A stretch of 64,000 bases of DNA, from the NCBI GenBank assembly GCA_948466255.1, contig CAOJZV010000002.1, forward strand, positions 2,874 through 66,873, in the 5' to 3' direction. Each line of letters starts with the position of its first letter. Position 1 is the stretch's first letter. The DNA comes from an uncultured Bacillota bacterium. Its GTDB lineage: Bacteria > Bacillota_I > Bacilli_A > RF39 > UBA660. Under the pieces are notes generated by a model, which saw only the letters and a program-made list of their open reading frames with translations, searched no databases and had not been told where the DNA came from. Positions 50,323 to 59,900 of the stretch are shown here, piece by piece. Position numbers and translations under genes: made by a program.

Positions 50323-50994
50323 ATGTTCGATAGATTAGAAATCATTATAGGAGACAAAACAAAAACATTAAAAGAAAAAACAATTCTGCTTCTAGGACTA
50401 GGTGGAGTAGGTGGTCATGTATTCGAAGCATTAGTTAGAAGCGGAATCGGAACTATCATAGTTATCGACAACGACATAATAGATATAACTAATTTAAATA
50501 GACAACTACTTGCTACTAAAAACAACATAGGTAATCATAAAGTAGACGAAGCAGAAAACAGAAAAAACGAAATAAATAAGGATTGTAATGTAATAAAAAT
50601 AAAAAAATTTATAACTGAAGATAATTTAGACAGTATTTTTAATCAAAAAATAGACTTTGTAATAGATGCAATCGATACAATAAAAACAAAAAAAGCACTA
50701 ATAAAAAAATGCTTAGAAGAAGACATAAAAATAATTTCAGTAATGGGAACAGGTAATAAAATGCACCCAGAACTTTTAGAAATAACCGAAATAACAAAAA
50801 CAAGTTATGACCCACTTGCTAAAGAAATAAGAAAATATTTAAATAAAGAAAAAATAAAAGGCAAATTACCAGTTATATCATCAATAGAAAAGCCATTAAA
50901 AACAGAAAAAATAGGTTCAAACGCCTTTGTTCCCGCAACAGCCGGACTACTTGCCGCAAGTTACGTAATTAACGAACTAATAAAGGAGGATTAA
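50323..50994 (+). CDS. tcdA: tRNA threonylcarbamoyladenosine dehydratase (ThiF/E1-like)
   Basis: LLGLGGVGGHVFEALVRSGIGTIIVIDNDIIDITNLNRQ. Its length is typical of TcdA/CsdL. Confidence 0.8.
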   Translation: MFDRLEIIIGDKTKTLKEKTILLLGLGGVGGHVFEALVRSGIGTIIVIDNDIIDITNLNRQLLATKNNIGNHKVDEAENRKNEINKDCNVIKIKKFITEDNLDSIFNQKIDFVIDAIDTIKTKKALIKKCLEEDIKIISVMGTGNKMHPELLEITEITKTSYDPLAKEIRKYLNKEKIKGKLPVISSIEKPLKTEKIGSNAFVPATAGLLAASYVINELIKED

Positions 50995-50995
50995 A

Positions 50996-51526
50996 ATGAT
51001 AGATTATTTACAAAAACAAATAAATAATATGGAAGGATCTTTACTTGGAATAGGAATAACAAGTGATAAATTAAAAAAGGCTATAGAAAAAAACGATAAA
51101 ATTACTCTTTGTAACCTTTTAGAAGAAAATACTAAAAAAACTAAAAAAAAGAAATTCAGCGTTTTAAACAAACCAAGGACAGTAAATATAAAAAAAATAA
51201 AAAAAGTATTTAGAAAAAAAAGAGTCGATAATATAATCTGTAACTCCAAAACAATAATACCATTTCAAAAAACATTTGTTAGAGATAGTGTTTATATAAA
51301 CAAAAATAAATTATACATTTACGGAAAAAAAGAAGAATTAGAAACATTAAAAACTAAATATAATAGATATACAAAAGAAGTAGAGTTAAAAAAAGAAGGT
51401 AATGAATACATATTAATAGTCAATAATAAAAATACAAAAAACAACAAAATAAAAGATATAGGCTATTGGTGGAAAGATACTGGAAATTCATTTTTAGATT
51501 TTTTAACCTTAATTTTAACCAATTAA
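50996..51526 (+). CDS. Hypothetical protein (176 aa, Lys-rich)
   Basis: ORF coupled to tcdA. I recognise no motif. Confidence 0.5.
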   Translation: MIDYLQKQINNMEGSLLGIGITSDKLKKAIEKNDKITLCNLLEENTKKTKKKKFSVLNKPRTVNIKKIKKVFRKKRVDNIICNSKTIIPFQKTFVRDSVYINKNKLYIYGKKEELETLKTKYNRYTKEVELKKEGNEYILIVNNKNTKNNKIKDIGYWWKDTGNSFLDFLTLILTN

Positions 51527-51594
51527 AACAATCATAAAGATTGTTTTTTTATACACTTTTTGTTATAATGATAATTAGTGTAAAGGTGATGTAT

Positions 51595-54537
51595 ATGTAC
51601 TTAAAAGAAATAAAATCGCAAGGATTTAAATCATTTGCCGATAAAACTAATATTGAATTAACAGATGGAATTACTGGAATAGTTGGACCCAATGGTTCAG
51701 GAAAAAGTAATGTCGTTGATGCCGTAAGATGGGTATTAGGAGAACAATCAGTAAAATCATTACGTGGTGACGGAAATATGACCGACGTAATTTTTTCTGG
51801 TAGTAAAAGCAGAAATCCAATGAATGTCGCATCAGTTACTTTAGTATTTGATAATACCGATAAGTATTTACCTTTAGAATATGACGAGGTAGAAATAAAA
51901 AGAAGAGTCTACAAGGATGGGACAAACGAATATTTCTTAAACAACGAAAGAGTAAGACTAAAGGATATTACAAATCTACTTTTAGATAGTGGTATTGCCA
52001 AAGAAAGTTTTAATATAATCTCACAAGGTAAAATAGAATCAATTATTAGTAGTAAACCATCCGAAAGAAGAGTTATTTTCGAAGAAGCAGCAGGTGTATT
52101 AAAATACAAAAGAAGAAAAGAAGAAGCTATTAGAAAACTAGATAAAACTCATAATAATTTAAGTAGAGTTAATGATATTCTAAACGAATTAGAACCACAA
52201 ATAGAACCCTTAAAAGAAGCAAAAGAAAAAGCCTTAGAATATCTAGAAGCTAAAGAAAACTTAGAAGAAGTAGAAATCGCTTTAATTACAGAAGATATAA
52301 CAAAAATAAATAGCGAATACCAAACAAATAAAGAAAAAATTGAAACCTTAAATAATGAAATATTAAAACTAGGTGTTTCTAGTAATAAATCAGAAGTAAA
52401 AATAGAAGAATATAAAAACAAGATAAATAAAAACTATGAGCAAATAAAAGAAACACAAAATAATATATTAAAACATACTACTCAAGCCGAAAAATTAAAC
52501 AGTCGTAAAGACATCATTACCGAAAGAAAAAAATATGAAGTTGAAGATACTAAGCTTCATAACCGAATAATAGAATTAAAAGAAAAAGAATTAGGTATTA
52601 AAAACAAAATAAATAGTTTAGATACAGATGTTATTAATATTAATAAAGAAACAACAAAACTAGAAGAAGAAGCTAAAAATCTAAACAATGATATAAATAC
52701 TACTAAATCAGAAAAACAAACCTTAGAAAATCATTTAACTATAATTCTAAGGCAAAAGAATAATTTAGAAATCAAAGCTGAAAACCTAAAAGAAAGCATC
52801 GAAAATGGAGGAATGCTTCCTATAGCTGTAAAAAATGTTTTAAATAATCCAAAATTAAAAGGAATACACAACATATTAGGAAATCTTATCGAAACAGATT
52901 CAAAATACACTTTAGCAATTTCAACGGCTTTAGGTTTTAGTACCAATAATATCATCACCGATAACGAAAACACCGCCAAAGAAGCAATTAATTCAATAAA
53001 AAATATAGGAAGAGCAACATTCTTCCCACTTAATATTATTAAAGCAAAAAATATTGATGATAACACCTTAGATATAATGAATCACGAGCCTTACTTTGCA
53101 TGTATAGCTAGTGATTTAGTAAATTATGATAATAAATATAAAAATATAATTTTAAATCAATTAGGTAATATTATCATCACCGAAAATATTAATGACGCTA
53201 CTAAATTAAGTAAAAAAATAAACTATAGATATCGTATAGTTACATTAGATGGCGAAGTCATTCATGTTGGCGGTTCAATGACAGGTGGTAAACAAACTAA
53301 AAACCGTAATATCATAAGTGATAAATATGAATTAGAAAACATCTTAAAAGAAGCCGAAAAAATTGTAAACGAAATTAAAGAAGATGAAAATAAAATAAAC
53401 GAAATCGATTATAAATTAAAATCACTAGAAGATAAAAAATATCTAATAGACAAAGATATATTATTAAATACAGAAAAAATCAAACAAAAACAAAAACAAA
53501 CCAAAAATATAAAAGATAGTTTAGAAAAAGTAACTCTTGATATTGAAACAACAAATAATATCATGAAAGGGGCTCTTTCAAAAGAGGAAGAAGAAATAAT
53601 AAATCAATATTATGAAACTGTAAGACAAAAAGAAGAGGCCGAAAAAGAATTAGAAATACTAACAAAAGAGAAAAAAGACCTAGAAGAAAGTTTAGAAGAA
53701 TATGAACTATCAGTAAGAAAAGAAAATACTGAATATTCAAACAAAACCAATGAACTTAAAAATCTAGAAATCAGTGTTAATAGAATGGATGTAAAATTAG
53801 ACAACCTACTTAACACATTAAGCGAAACATATAGTATGACATACGAAAAAGCTAAAGAAAACTATAAACTAGAAATTAATTATAATGAAGCCAAAACTAA
53901 AGTAAACGGTTTACGAAGAAAATTAAAAGAATTAGGAATAGTTAATCTAGCTGCTCCAGAAGAATATGATCGTATAAGTGAAAGATATGAATTCTTATTA
54001 GGTCAGGTAACTGATTTAAATAATGCCGAAAACACATTGTTAGAAATAATTGAAGAAATGGATAAAATAATGGTTAAAGAATTTAATAATTCATTTAAAA
54101 TAATTAATCAAAACTTCGAAGAAACATTTAGACAATTATTTAAAGGCGGATCAGCCACATTAAAATTAACAGAACCAAATAACTTATTAGAAACTGGAAT
54201 AGAAATAGTTGCCAGTCCACCAGGCAAAAAATTAAGTAGTATTTCACTATTATCAGGTGGCGAAAAAACATTAACAGCTATAAGTTTATTATTCGCAATA
54301 ATAAAATCAAGGCCAGCACCTTTCTGTATTTTAGACGAAGTAGAAGCCGCATTAGATGAAGTAAATGTTGATACTTTTGGTAAATACGTTAAAGACCTTA
54401 AAAACATTTCACAATTCATAATAATAACCCATAAAAAGAAAACAATGGAATATGCCGACGTTTTATATGGTATAACAATGCAAGAATCAGGAGTATCAAA
54501 ATTAGTAAGTGTTAAACTAGAAGAAATAGAGAATTAG
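51595..54537 (+). CDS. smc: Chromosome segregation protein SMC (short, about 980 aa)
   Basis: MYLKEIKSQGFKSFADKT...GPNGSGKSNV, long coiled coils, a hinge region, and LSGGEKTLTAISLLFAI...PFCILDEVEAALD. The start at 51595 is chosen from RBS spacing. Confidence 0.93.
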   Translation: MYLKEIKSQGFKSFADKTNIELTDGITGIVGPNGSGKSNVVDAVRWVLGEQSVKSLRGDGNMTDVIFSGSKSRNPMNVASVTLVFDNTDKYLPLEYDEVEIKRRVYKDGTNEYFLNNERVRLKDITNLLLDSGIAKESFNIISQGKIESIISSKPSERRVIFEEAAGVLKYKRRKEEAIRKLDKTHNNLSRVNDILNELEPQIEPLKEAKEKALEYLEAKENLEEVEIALITEDITKINSEYQTNKEKIETLNNEILKLGVSSNKSEVKIEEYKNKINKNYEQIKETQNNILKHTTQAEKLNSRKDIITERKKYEVEDTKLHNRIIELKEKELGIKNKINSLDTDVININKETTKLEEEAKNLNNDINTTKSEKQTLENHLTIILRQKNNLEIKAENLKESIENGGMLPIAVKNVLNNPKLKGIHNILGNLIETDSKYTLAISTALGFSTNNIITDNENTAKEAINSIKNIGRATFFPLNIIKAKNIDDNTLDIMNHEPYFACIASDLVNYDNKYKNIILNQLGNIIITENINDATKLSKKINYRYRIVTLDGEVIHVGGSMTGGKQTKNRNIISDKYELENILKEAEKIVNEIKEDENKINEIDYKLKSLEDKKYLIDKDILLNTEKIKQKQKQTKNIKDSLEKVTLDIETTNNIMKGALSKEEEEIINQYYETVRQKEEAEKELEILTKEKKDLEESLEEYELSVRKENTEYSNKTNELKNLEISVNRMDVKLDNLLNTLSETYSMTYEKAKENYKLEINYNEAKTKVNGLRRKLKELGIVNLAAPEEYDRISERYEFLLGQVTDLNNAENTLLEIIEEMDKIMVKEFNNSFKIINQNFEETFRQLFKGGSATLKLTEPNNLLETGIEIVASPPGKKLSSISLLSGGEKTLTAISLLFAIIKSRPAPFCILDEVEAALDEVNVDTFGKYVKDLKNISQFIIITHKKKTMEYADVLYGITMQESGVSKLVSVKLEEIEN

Positions 54538-54606
54538 CTCTCTATTTTTTTCTTGACTTTAGATATATTTCATGTTAGAATATAAGCATTTTCAAAGGAG
54601 AAAGGT

Positions 54607-54906
54607 ATGGTAAAAAAAAACTATTTAGAAAAAAGTAAAGAGTTAGAATGTATAGAAACTAATTTAATAAGTGAAAAAACAGGAAAAAATACAATAAAAT
54701 TATGTAGAGACGCATCATATATTTTTGCTGTAGCAACAACAAGCGCTGGAATACTTAGTGATAATATTTTTATCACAGTACCTCTAGTCACTTTAGGGCT
54801 AGGATATAGTATTAGTACTGGTTTTTTCGGAACTTTCTATTCGCAATCTAAAAAAAACGTCAAAACCTTAACAAAAAAATATAATGAACACGTAAAAGAA
54901 AATTAA
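54607..54906 (+). CDS. Hypothetical small membrane protein (99 aa, 2 TM)
   Basis: ORF downstream of the TTGACT-17 nt-TGtTAGAAT promoter (54553-54581), with RBS AAGGAGAAAGG. Confidence 0.55.
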   Translation: MVKKNYLEKSKELECIETNLISEKTGKNTIKLCRDASYIFAVATTSAGILSDNIFITVPLVTLGLGYSISTGFFGTFYSQSKKNVKTLTKKYNEHVKEN

Positions 54907-54947
54907 TTTTTATAATATATTACAACAAAAAAAGAAAGGAGAATTTT

Positions 54948-55625
54948 ATGATAACAAATTCTGAAATAATAAATGATATTAAAAAATATGCCGAAAAATA
55001 TGGGTACAAAAATACAGTAATGGAGTTTGAACAAAATATATTAGATTCAGCAATCCCTTATTTAAGTTATGCATTTGCTCGTAATATAAAAGGAGCAGAT
55101 ATTAAAGCGAATGGTCAAGTAATAATAGATAGTGAAGACATATTAACTAACTTTTTATATCCTCGTGATATAGAAGGAACAGATGTTAAAGCACATGAAC
55201 AAGTAATTTTAGATAATGGATCCATCTCAGACTGGTATAGATTTGCTAAATACGTAAAAGGAGCAAACATTCAACTTTTTGAACAAAAAATATTAGATAG
55301 CGGTAATTTAGTATTTATGGTTGCATTCGCTCGTGATATAGAAGGAGCAAATGTAACTTATATTGTCAAAAAAATATCAGAATATATAGATAACCCCGAT
55401 GTCGCTACTAAACTATTAGAGTGTATTAATAGCTATACAAAAGCTGAAATACCAGTAAATAGCGACTATCCATCTGCTATTCATGATTTAGTACATTATA
55501 TAAAAGACTGCTATTTATTCAAAACAGGGAATGATTTATTGAAAAAATCAGAAGAACACAAAAATAACACAGTCATCAAAATAAAGAAAAAACAACCAAA
55601 AAGGAATCCATTACTTGGAAGATAG
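54948..55625 (+). CDS. Repeat protein, paralog 1 (four degenerate 28-aa repeats), unknown family
   Basis: N-terminus EIINDIKKYAEKYGYKNTVMEFEQ, then repeats of the type FAR(D/N)I(K/E)GA(D/N)(I/V)..H/N...(I/V)(I/L)DS. Confidence 0.7.
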   Translation: MITNSEIINDIKKYAEKYGYKNTVMEFEQNILDSAIPYLSYAFARNIKGADIKANGQVIIDSEDILTNFLYPRDIEGTDVKAHEQVILDNGSISDWYRFAKYVKGANIQLFEQKILDSGNLVFMVAFARDIEGANVTYIVKKISEYIDNPDVATKLLECINSYTKAEIPVNSDYPSAIHDLVHYIKDCYLFKTGNDLLKKSEEHKNNTVIKIKKKQPKRNPLLGR

Positions 55626-55661
55626 TAATATTAAATTCTTATTTTTAAAAGGAGAGTTCAA

Positions 55662-56330
55662 ATGGATATAATTAGTGAAATAATAAATGACATTAAAATT
55701 TTCGCAAAAAAATACGGGTATGAAAAAGCAGTGGAAGAATTTGATTTGGAAATTTTCGATTTAAATGATCCATATGCCAGCTATTTATTTGCAAGAGATA
55801 TAAAAGGTGCAAATATTCCAGCTCATGCTCAAATAGTGATAGAAAGTTTAAACCCATTATATAATCTAGTATTTGCTCGCGATATAAAAGGTGCAAACAT
55901 TGAAAAACACGGAAAAGTAGTACGATATAGTAAAAAGCCAGACTATAACTACTGGTTTGCTCGTGATGTAAATGGTGCAGATATTGAAGCTCATGCTAAA
56001 GTAGTGCTTGATAGTAATGATCCCTTAATTAATTATCGCTTTGCCTGTGATGTAAATGGTGCAGATGTTGATGCCCACGCTAAAGTAGTGCTTAACAGTA
56101 ATGGCCCTTTAATTAATTATCACTTTGCTCGCGATGTAAATGGTGCGGATGTATTCACTCATGGAGAAGTAATAAGAAAAAGCACAGACCCTAAATACCA
56201 ATATTTAAAAGAAAGAATGAAGGTGTTAGAAGTCCTTTCACTATATAATTTACCAATGAATTATATGGAAAAACCTTTGGTCAAAATAACTAGTAAAATA
56301 AAGAAAAAAAACATCAGAAAACAAATATAA
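55662..56330 (+). CDS. Repeat protein, paralog 2 (five 28-aa repeats), unknown family
   Basis: N-terminus EIINDIKIFAKKYGYEKAVEEFD, then five copies of FARD(I/V)xGA(N/D)(I/V)xxHxxVVxxSxxPxxNYx. Confidence 0.7.
   Translation: MDIISEIINDIKIFAKKYGYEKAVEEFDLEIFDLNDPYASYLFARDIKGANIPAHAQIVIESLNPLYNLVFARDIKGANIEKHGKVVRYSKKPDYNYWFARDVNGADIEAHAKVVLDSNDPLINYRFACDVNGADVDAHAKVVLNSNGPLINYHFARDVNGADVFTHGEVIRKSTDPKYQYLKERMKVLEVLSLYNLPMNYMEKPLVKITSKIKKKNIRKQI
55788..56207 (+). repeat. Five tandem 84-bp coding repeats
   Basis: The period was verified at both protein level (28 aa) and DNA level. Units 3 and 4 are the most similar. Confidence 0.85.
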
Positions 56331-56454
56331 TAATATTCAAAGAATAATTTAATCAAAATTATTCTTTTTATTTTATAAAAAACTTATATTTAACTTGAAT
56401 TTTATAGATTTAAGTATTATAATAATAAACAATTTAAAAAAAGGAGCATTTTTT

Positions 56455-57060
56455 ATGAAAAATAATATTGAAATCACAATTACAGATATCGAAAAAGAAA
56501 TAATTAATAAAATAAAATATTTTTCTGAAAAATATGGACACGAAAGGACAGTAATAGAATTTGAACAAGATGTTCTTTCGTATAAAAACGCATATCTTAG
56601 TAACCTCTTCGCTTTAAACGTAGAAGGTGCAAACCTTCACGCTCACGAAAAAGTAGTATTAAAAAGTAATGATCCACTAAGAAATTATGAATTTGCTTAT
56701 AAAGTAAAAGGCGCAGATATTAAAGCTCACGAAAAGATAATATTAGATAGCGAAGACCCATACTATTGTTTATTATTTGCAAGAGACATTAAAGGGGCTG
56801 ATATAAAAGCTCTTGCAGACATAGTATTAAAAAGTAAAAATCCATCTTATAATTTATGGTTTGCACACGATGTAGAAGGTGCAGATGTTGAGGCGCATTT
56901 AGAAATTACAAGAAAAGAAGGCGGATCAATATTTGAAGAAGTAATTGACTCATTATTAACAGATGAACCAATAGATACCAATACATATAATTCAGATGTT
57001 GATAAAATTAAAAAATTATTTAAAGAATTAGAGCCGCATAAAGTACCTTGGTATCAATAA
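56455..57060 (+). CDS. Repeat protein, paralog 3 (four 28-aa repeats), unknown family
   Basis: It has its own TTGAAT-17 nt-TATAAT promoter (56395-56423) and RBS AAAGGAG. N-terminus EIINKIKYFSEKYGHERTVIEFEQ, followed by the repeats. Confidence 0.7.
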   Translation: MKNNIEITITDIEKEIINKIKYFSEKYGHERTVIEFEQDVLSYKNAYLSNLFALNVEGANLHAHEKVVLKSNDPLRNYEFAYKVKGADIKAHEKIILDSEDPYYCLLFARDIKGADIKALADIVLKSKNPSYNLWFAHDVEGADVEAHLEITRKEGGSIFEEVIDSLLTDEPIDTNTYNSDVDKIKKLFKELEPHKVPWYQ

Positions 57061-57124
57061 AAGAATAACAAAATTATTCTTTTTTCTTTTGTAAAAATAT
57101 GTTATAATCGAAAAAGGTGATAAA

Positions 57125-58717
57125 ATGTTACAAGCAAAAGATGTAACCTTACGATTTGGAAGTAGGGTATTATTTGAAGATGTAAATCTAGAATTTAAAG
57201 GAAATAATTGTTACGGAATAATTGGAGCTAACGGTGCAGGAAAAAGTACATTTTTAAAAATATTAACTGGCGCTATCGAAACCACAAAAGGTGAAATAAT
57301 CAAAGATAAACACGAAAGAATATCAGTTTTAAAACAAAACCATAATGCTTATGATGAATATACAATATTAGAAACTGTAATTATGGGAAATGAAACTTTA
57401 TATAATATCATGAAAGAAAAAGAAGCCTTGTATATGAAACCTGACTTTACTGATGAAGACGGCATTAAAGTAGGTAAATTAGAAGCCGAATTTGAAGCCC
57501 TAAATGGCTGGGAAGCCGAAAGTGAGGCCGCAATACTACTTTCAGGATTAGGTATCAAAAACGAAGTGTTTGATGATAAGATGAACACCTTAAAAGAAAA
57601 AGATAAAGTAAAAGTATTATTAGCTTCCGCATTATTTGGTAATCCAGACATCTTATTATTAGATGAACCTACAAATGGTTTAGATATAAAAAGTAAAATG
57701 TGGTTAGAAGAGTTCTTAATTAACTTTAAAGGAACTGTTATTTTAGTGTCTCATGATAGACATTTTCTAAACACAGTATGTACGCATATGGTAGATATCG
57801 ATAGAGAAAGAATTAAATTAAGTATTGGTAACTACGATTTTTGGTATCAATCAAATGAACTAATGCAAAGACAAATAAATGATAGTAATAAAAAGAAAGA
57901 AGAAAAAATAAAAGAATTACAAAATTTCATCGCAAGATTTTCAGCCAACGCTTCAAAATCAAAACAAGCAACATCAAGAAAAAAACTATTAGAAAAAATA
58001 GAATTAGAAACCTTAAAACCATCGACAAGAAAATATCCCTACATTAACTTTGAATATGAAAGAAGATTAGGAAAAGAAATAATTCATCTTTCAAAAATAA
58101 ACGTTACTATAGATGGTAAACAAGTATTAAATAATTTCAATTTAACCGTTAGACCCGGAGATAAAATCGCCCTAATAGGCGAAAATGAAATAGCTAAAAC
58201 AACCCTTTTTAAAGTGTTAATAGGTGAAATAACACCTGATAGTGGTGAGATAAAAATAGGAAGCACAGTTATATTTTCATATTTTCCAAAAAATCACGAC
58301 AAATATTTTAAAGGAAATGAAATATTAGTAGACTTTTTAAGAAAATATTCAGAAAATAAGGAAGATAGTTATTTAAGAGGTTTTTTAGGAAGAATGCTAT
58401 TCTCCGGTGAAGAATCACTTAAACAAGTGAATGTATTATCAGGTGGTGAAAAAGTAAGATTGATGTTTTCAAAAATGATGATGACCAAAGGAAATGTTTT
58501 ACTATTAGATGAACCAACAAATCATTTAGATATCGAATCTATCCAAAGTTTAAATAAAGCCATGGATAAATTTGATGGGCCAATCGTATTTTCAAGCTAC
58601 GATACAGAATTAATAGAAAAAGTTTCGAATAGATTAATATATTTTGATAAAGATGGGTCATATTTAGATAAACAAATGGAATATGAAGATTTTATTCAAA
58701 AATATAATAAAATATAA
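57125..58717 (+). CDS. ABC-F family ATPase (two ABC domains, no TM domain)
   Basis: Two Walker A/signature sets separated by a charged linker (KKKEEKIKELQNFIARFSANASKSKQATSRKK). Confidence 0.9.
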   Translation: MLQAKDVTLRFGSRVLFEDVNLEFKGNNCYGIIGANGAGKSTFLKILTGAIETTKGEIIKDKHERISVLKQNHNAYDEYTILETVIMGNETLYNIMKEKEALYMKPDFTDEDGIKVGKLEAEFEALNGWEAESEAAILLSGLGIKNEVFDDKMNTLKEKDKVKVLLASALFGNPDILLLDEPTNGLDIKSKMWLEEFLINFKGTVILVSHDRHFLNTVCTHMVDIDRERIKLSIGNYDFWYQSNELMQRQINDSNKKKEEKIKELQNFIARFSANASKSKQATSRKKLLEKIELETLKPSTRKYPYINFEYERRLGKEIIHLSKINVTIDGKQVLNNFNLTVRPGDKIALIGENEIAKTTLFKVLIGEITPDSGEIKIGSTVIFSYFPKNHDKYFKGNEILVDFLRKYSENKEDSYLRGFLGRMLFSGEESLKQVNVLSGGEKVRLMFSKMMMTKGNVLLLDEPTNHLDIESIQSLNKAMDKFDGPIVFSSYDTELIEKVSNRLIYFDKDGSYLDKQMEYEDFIQKYNKI

Positions 58718-58826
58718 TTAATAACTTATACAAAGTATTTTATTAAAATACTTTGTTTTTTTGTCTATCAAATGTAAAAACCACCAATTATACCAATTTT
58801 GCCCATAAAACTACTTGCCAAAACCA

Positions 58827-58833
58827 GGGGGGG
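58827..58833 (+). repeat. Homopolymeric G7 tract abutting the -10 box of the downstream gene
   Basis: TTGCCA (58815-58820) - AAACCA - GGGGGGG - TATAAT (58834-58839). Confidence 0.9.
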
Positions 58834-58867
58834 TATAATGTACATAGAATAATCAAAGGTGAAAAAT

Positions 58868-59866
58868 ATGAGAAGAAGAAAAAGAAGAAAACAAAGAAAA
58901 ATAATAATAATATCAAGTCTAACATTATTATTTATAATGACAGTAGGATACGCAGCTTTTCAAACCAATATAAATATAACTGCAAAAGGAAATATCCTAG
59001 AAAAACCAATAGTAATAAACGAACTAAAGAAAAAAGTAGTGACATCTGGCGAAGGATTATATACAGATACTTATGAATCAGGAAGATATGTATATAAAGG
59101 TGGGAATCCCGATAACTATATAACCTTTAATAATAAATTATTTAGAATAATATCAATAGAAACAGATGGAACAATAAAGATAATGCAACATGGTTTTGAT
59201 GAAACAATGGCATTTGATAATAAACAAAGAACAAGTGAAACAGGTTTTTGTGGACAAGGAAATGCGCCAACAGCTGGATGTAATGCATGGGCAGCAACAT
59301 CATCACACACAACCGGATTAGGAAATTATACTGGAGTTGTTTATGCAGATTCTCCAATAAAAACATATTTAAATGGAGAATATTATAATACTAAAATAAC
59401 ATCCAACAAAAATGCTATTCAGACCCATAAATTTTATTATGGTGCTATAAGATGGAGAAACAATGATTTGTCATTCCAAATATCACAAGAAAAAACCGAG
59501 AGTGCAGAAAGCAATGTAGGTTTAATTCAGCCAAGTGATTTTCTAAGAGCCAATAGCAATATTGAACAATGTATAACTTTTGATAGTAGTTATAGCAATT
59601 TATTAACTTGTAGAGAAACTAATTATATGTTAATAATGCTTCCTTCGGGTTGTCAAAGTTATTGGACATTATCAGGTGATGGTAGTAGTACAGGATATGC
59701 GATGCACGTGTATGGTAGTGGCTGCTCCAAAGAAAATGGTGGAAGGCTGAATAACAATGAGAGTTATAGGGCATATGGGCTTATCCCTGTTCTCTATCTA
59801 AAATCTGATATCAAACTTTCCGGAAAAGGTACAAAAGAAAACCCATATAAAATTATCTATAATTAA
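58868..59866 (+). CDS. Secreted/surface protein of unknown function
   Basis: Highly basic N-terminus (RRRKRRKQRK), a hydrophobic helix, then GYAAFQTNINITAKGNI. The mature part is Cys-containing and ends in ...GLIPVLYLKSDIKLSGKGTKENPYKI. Confidence 0.7.
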   Translation: MRRRKRRKQRKIIIISSLTLLFIMTVGYAAFQTNINITAKGNILEKPIVINELKKKVVTSGEGLYTDTYESGRYVYKGGNPDNYITFNNKLFRIISIETDGTIKIMQHGFDETMAFDNKQRTSETGFCGQGNAPTAGCNAWAATSSHTTGLGNYTGVVYADSPIKTYLNGEYYNTKITSNKNAIQTHKFYYGAIRWRNNDLSFQISQEKTESAESNVGLIQPSDFLRANSNIEQCITFDSSYSNLLTCRETNYMLIMLPSGCQSYWTLSGDGSSTGYAMHVYGSGCSKENGGRLNNNESYRAYGLIPVLYLKSDIKLSGKGTKENPYKIIYN

Positions 59867-59900
59867 AATAAAAAAAAGAATTGAAATCACAATTCTTTTT

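Noticed and set aside
54612-54620. An A9 run at codons 3-5 of the 99-aa membrane protein gene, considered as a translational phase-variation tract.
   Set aside because: Poly-A runs of this length are frequent throughout this AT-rich window, including in housekeeping genes and terminators, so it is not distinctive.
55788-56207. Regular 84-bp periodicity was considered as a CRISPR-like or non-coding tandem array, and the encoded repeat was considered as ankyrin because of its GADV/GADI motif.
   Set aside because: The repeats are in frame within an ORF, have no unique spacers and differ by coding-type substitutions. The protein period is 28 aa, not 33, and the ankyrin TPLH motif is absent.
58753-59076. 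A 107-aa Lys/Asn-rich ORF overlaps the promoter and 5' end of the secreted-protein gene.
   Set aside because: It has no RBS, is low-complexity, runs through the promoter and G7 tract, and is out of frame with the much longer, better-supported 58868-59866 gene.
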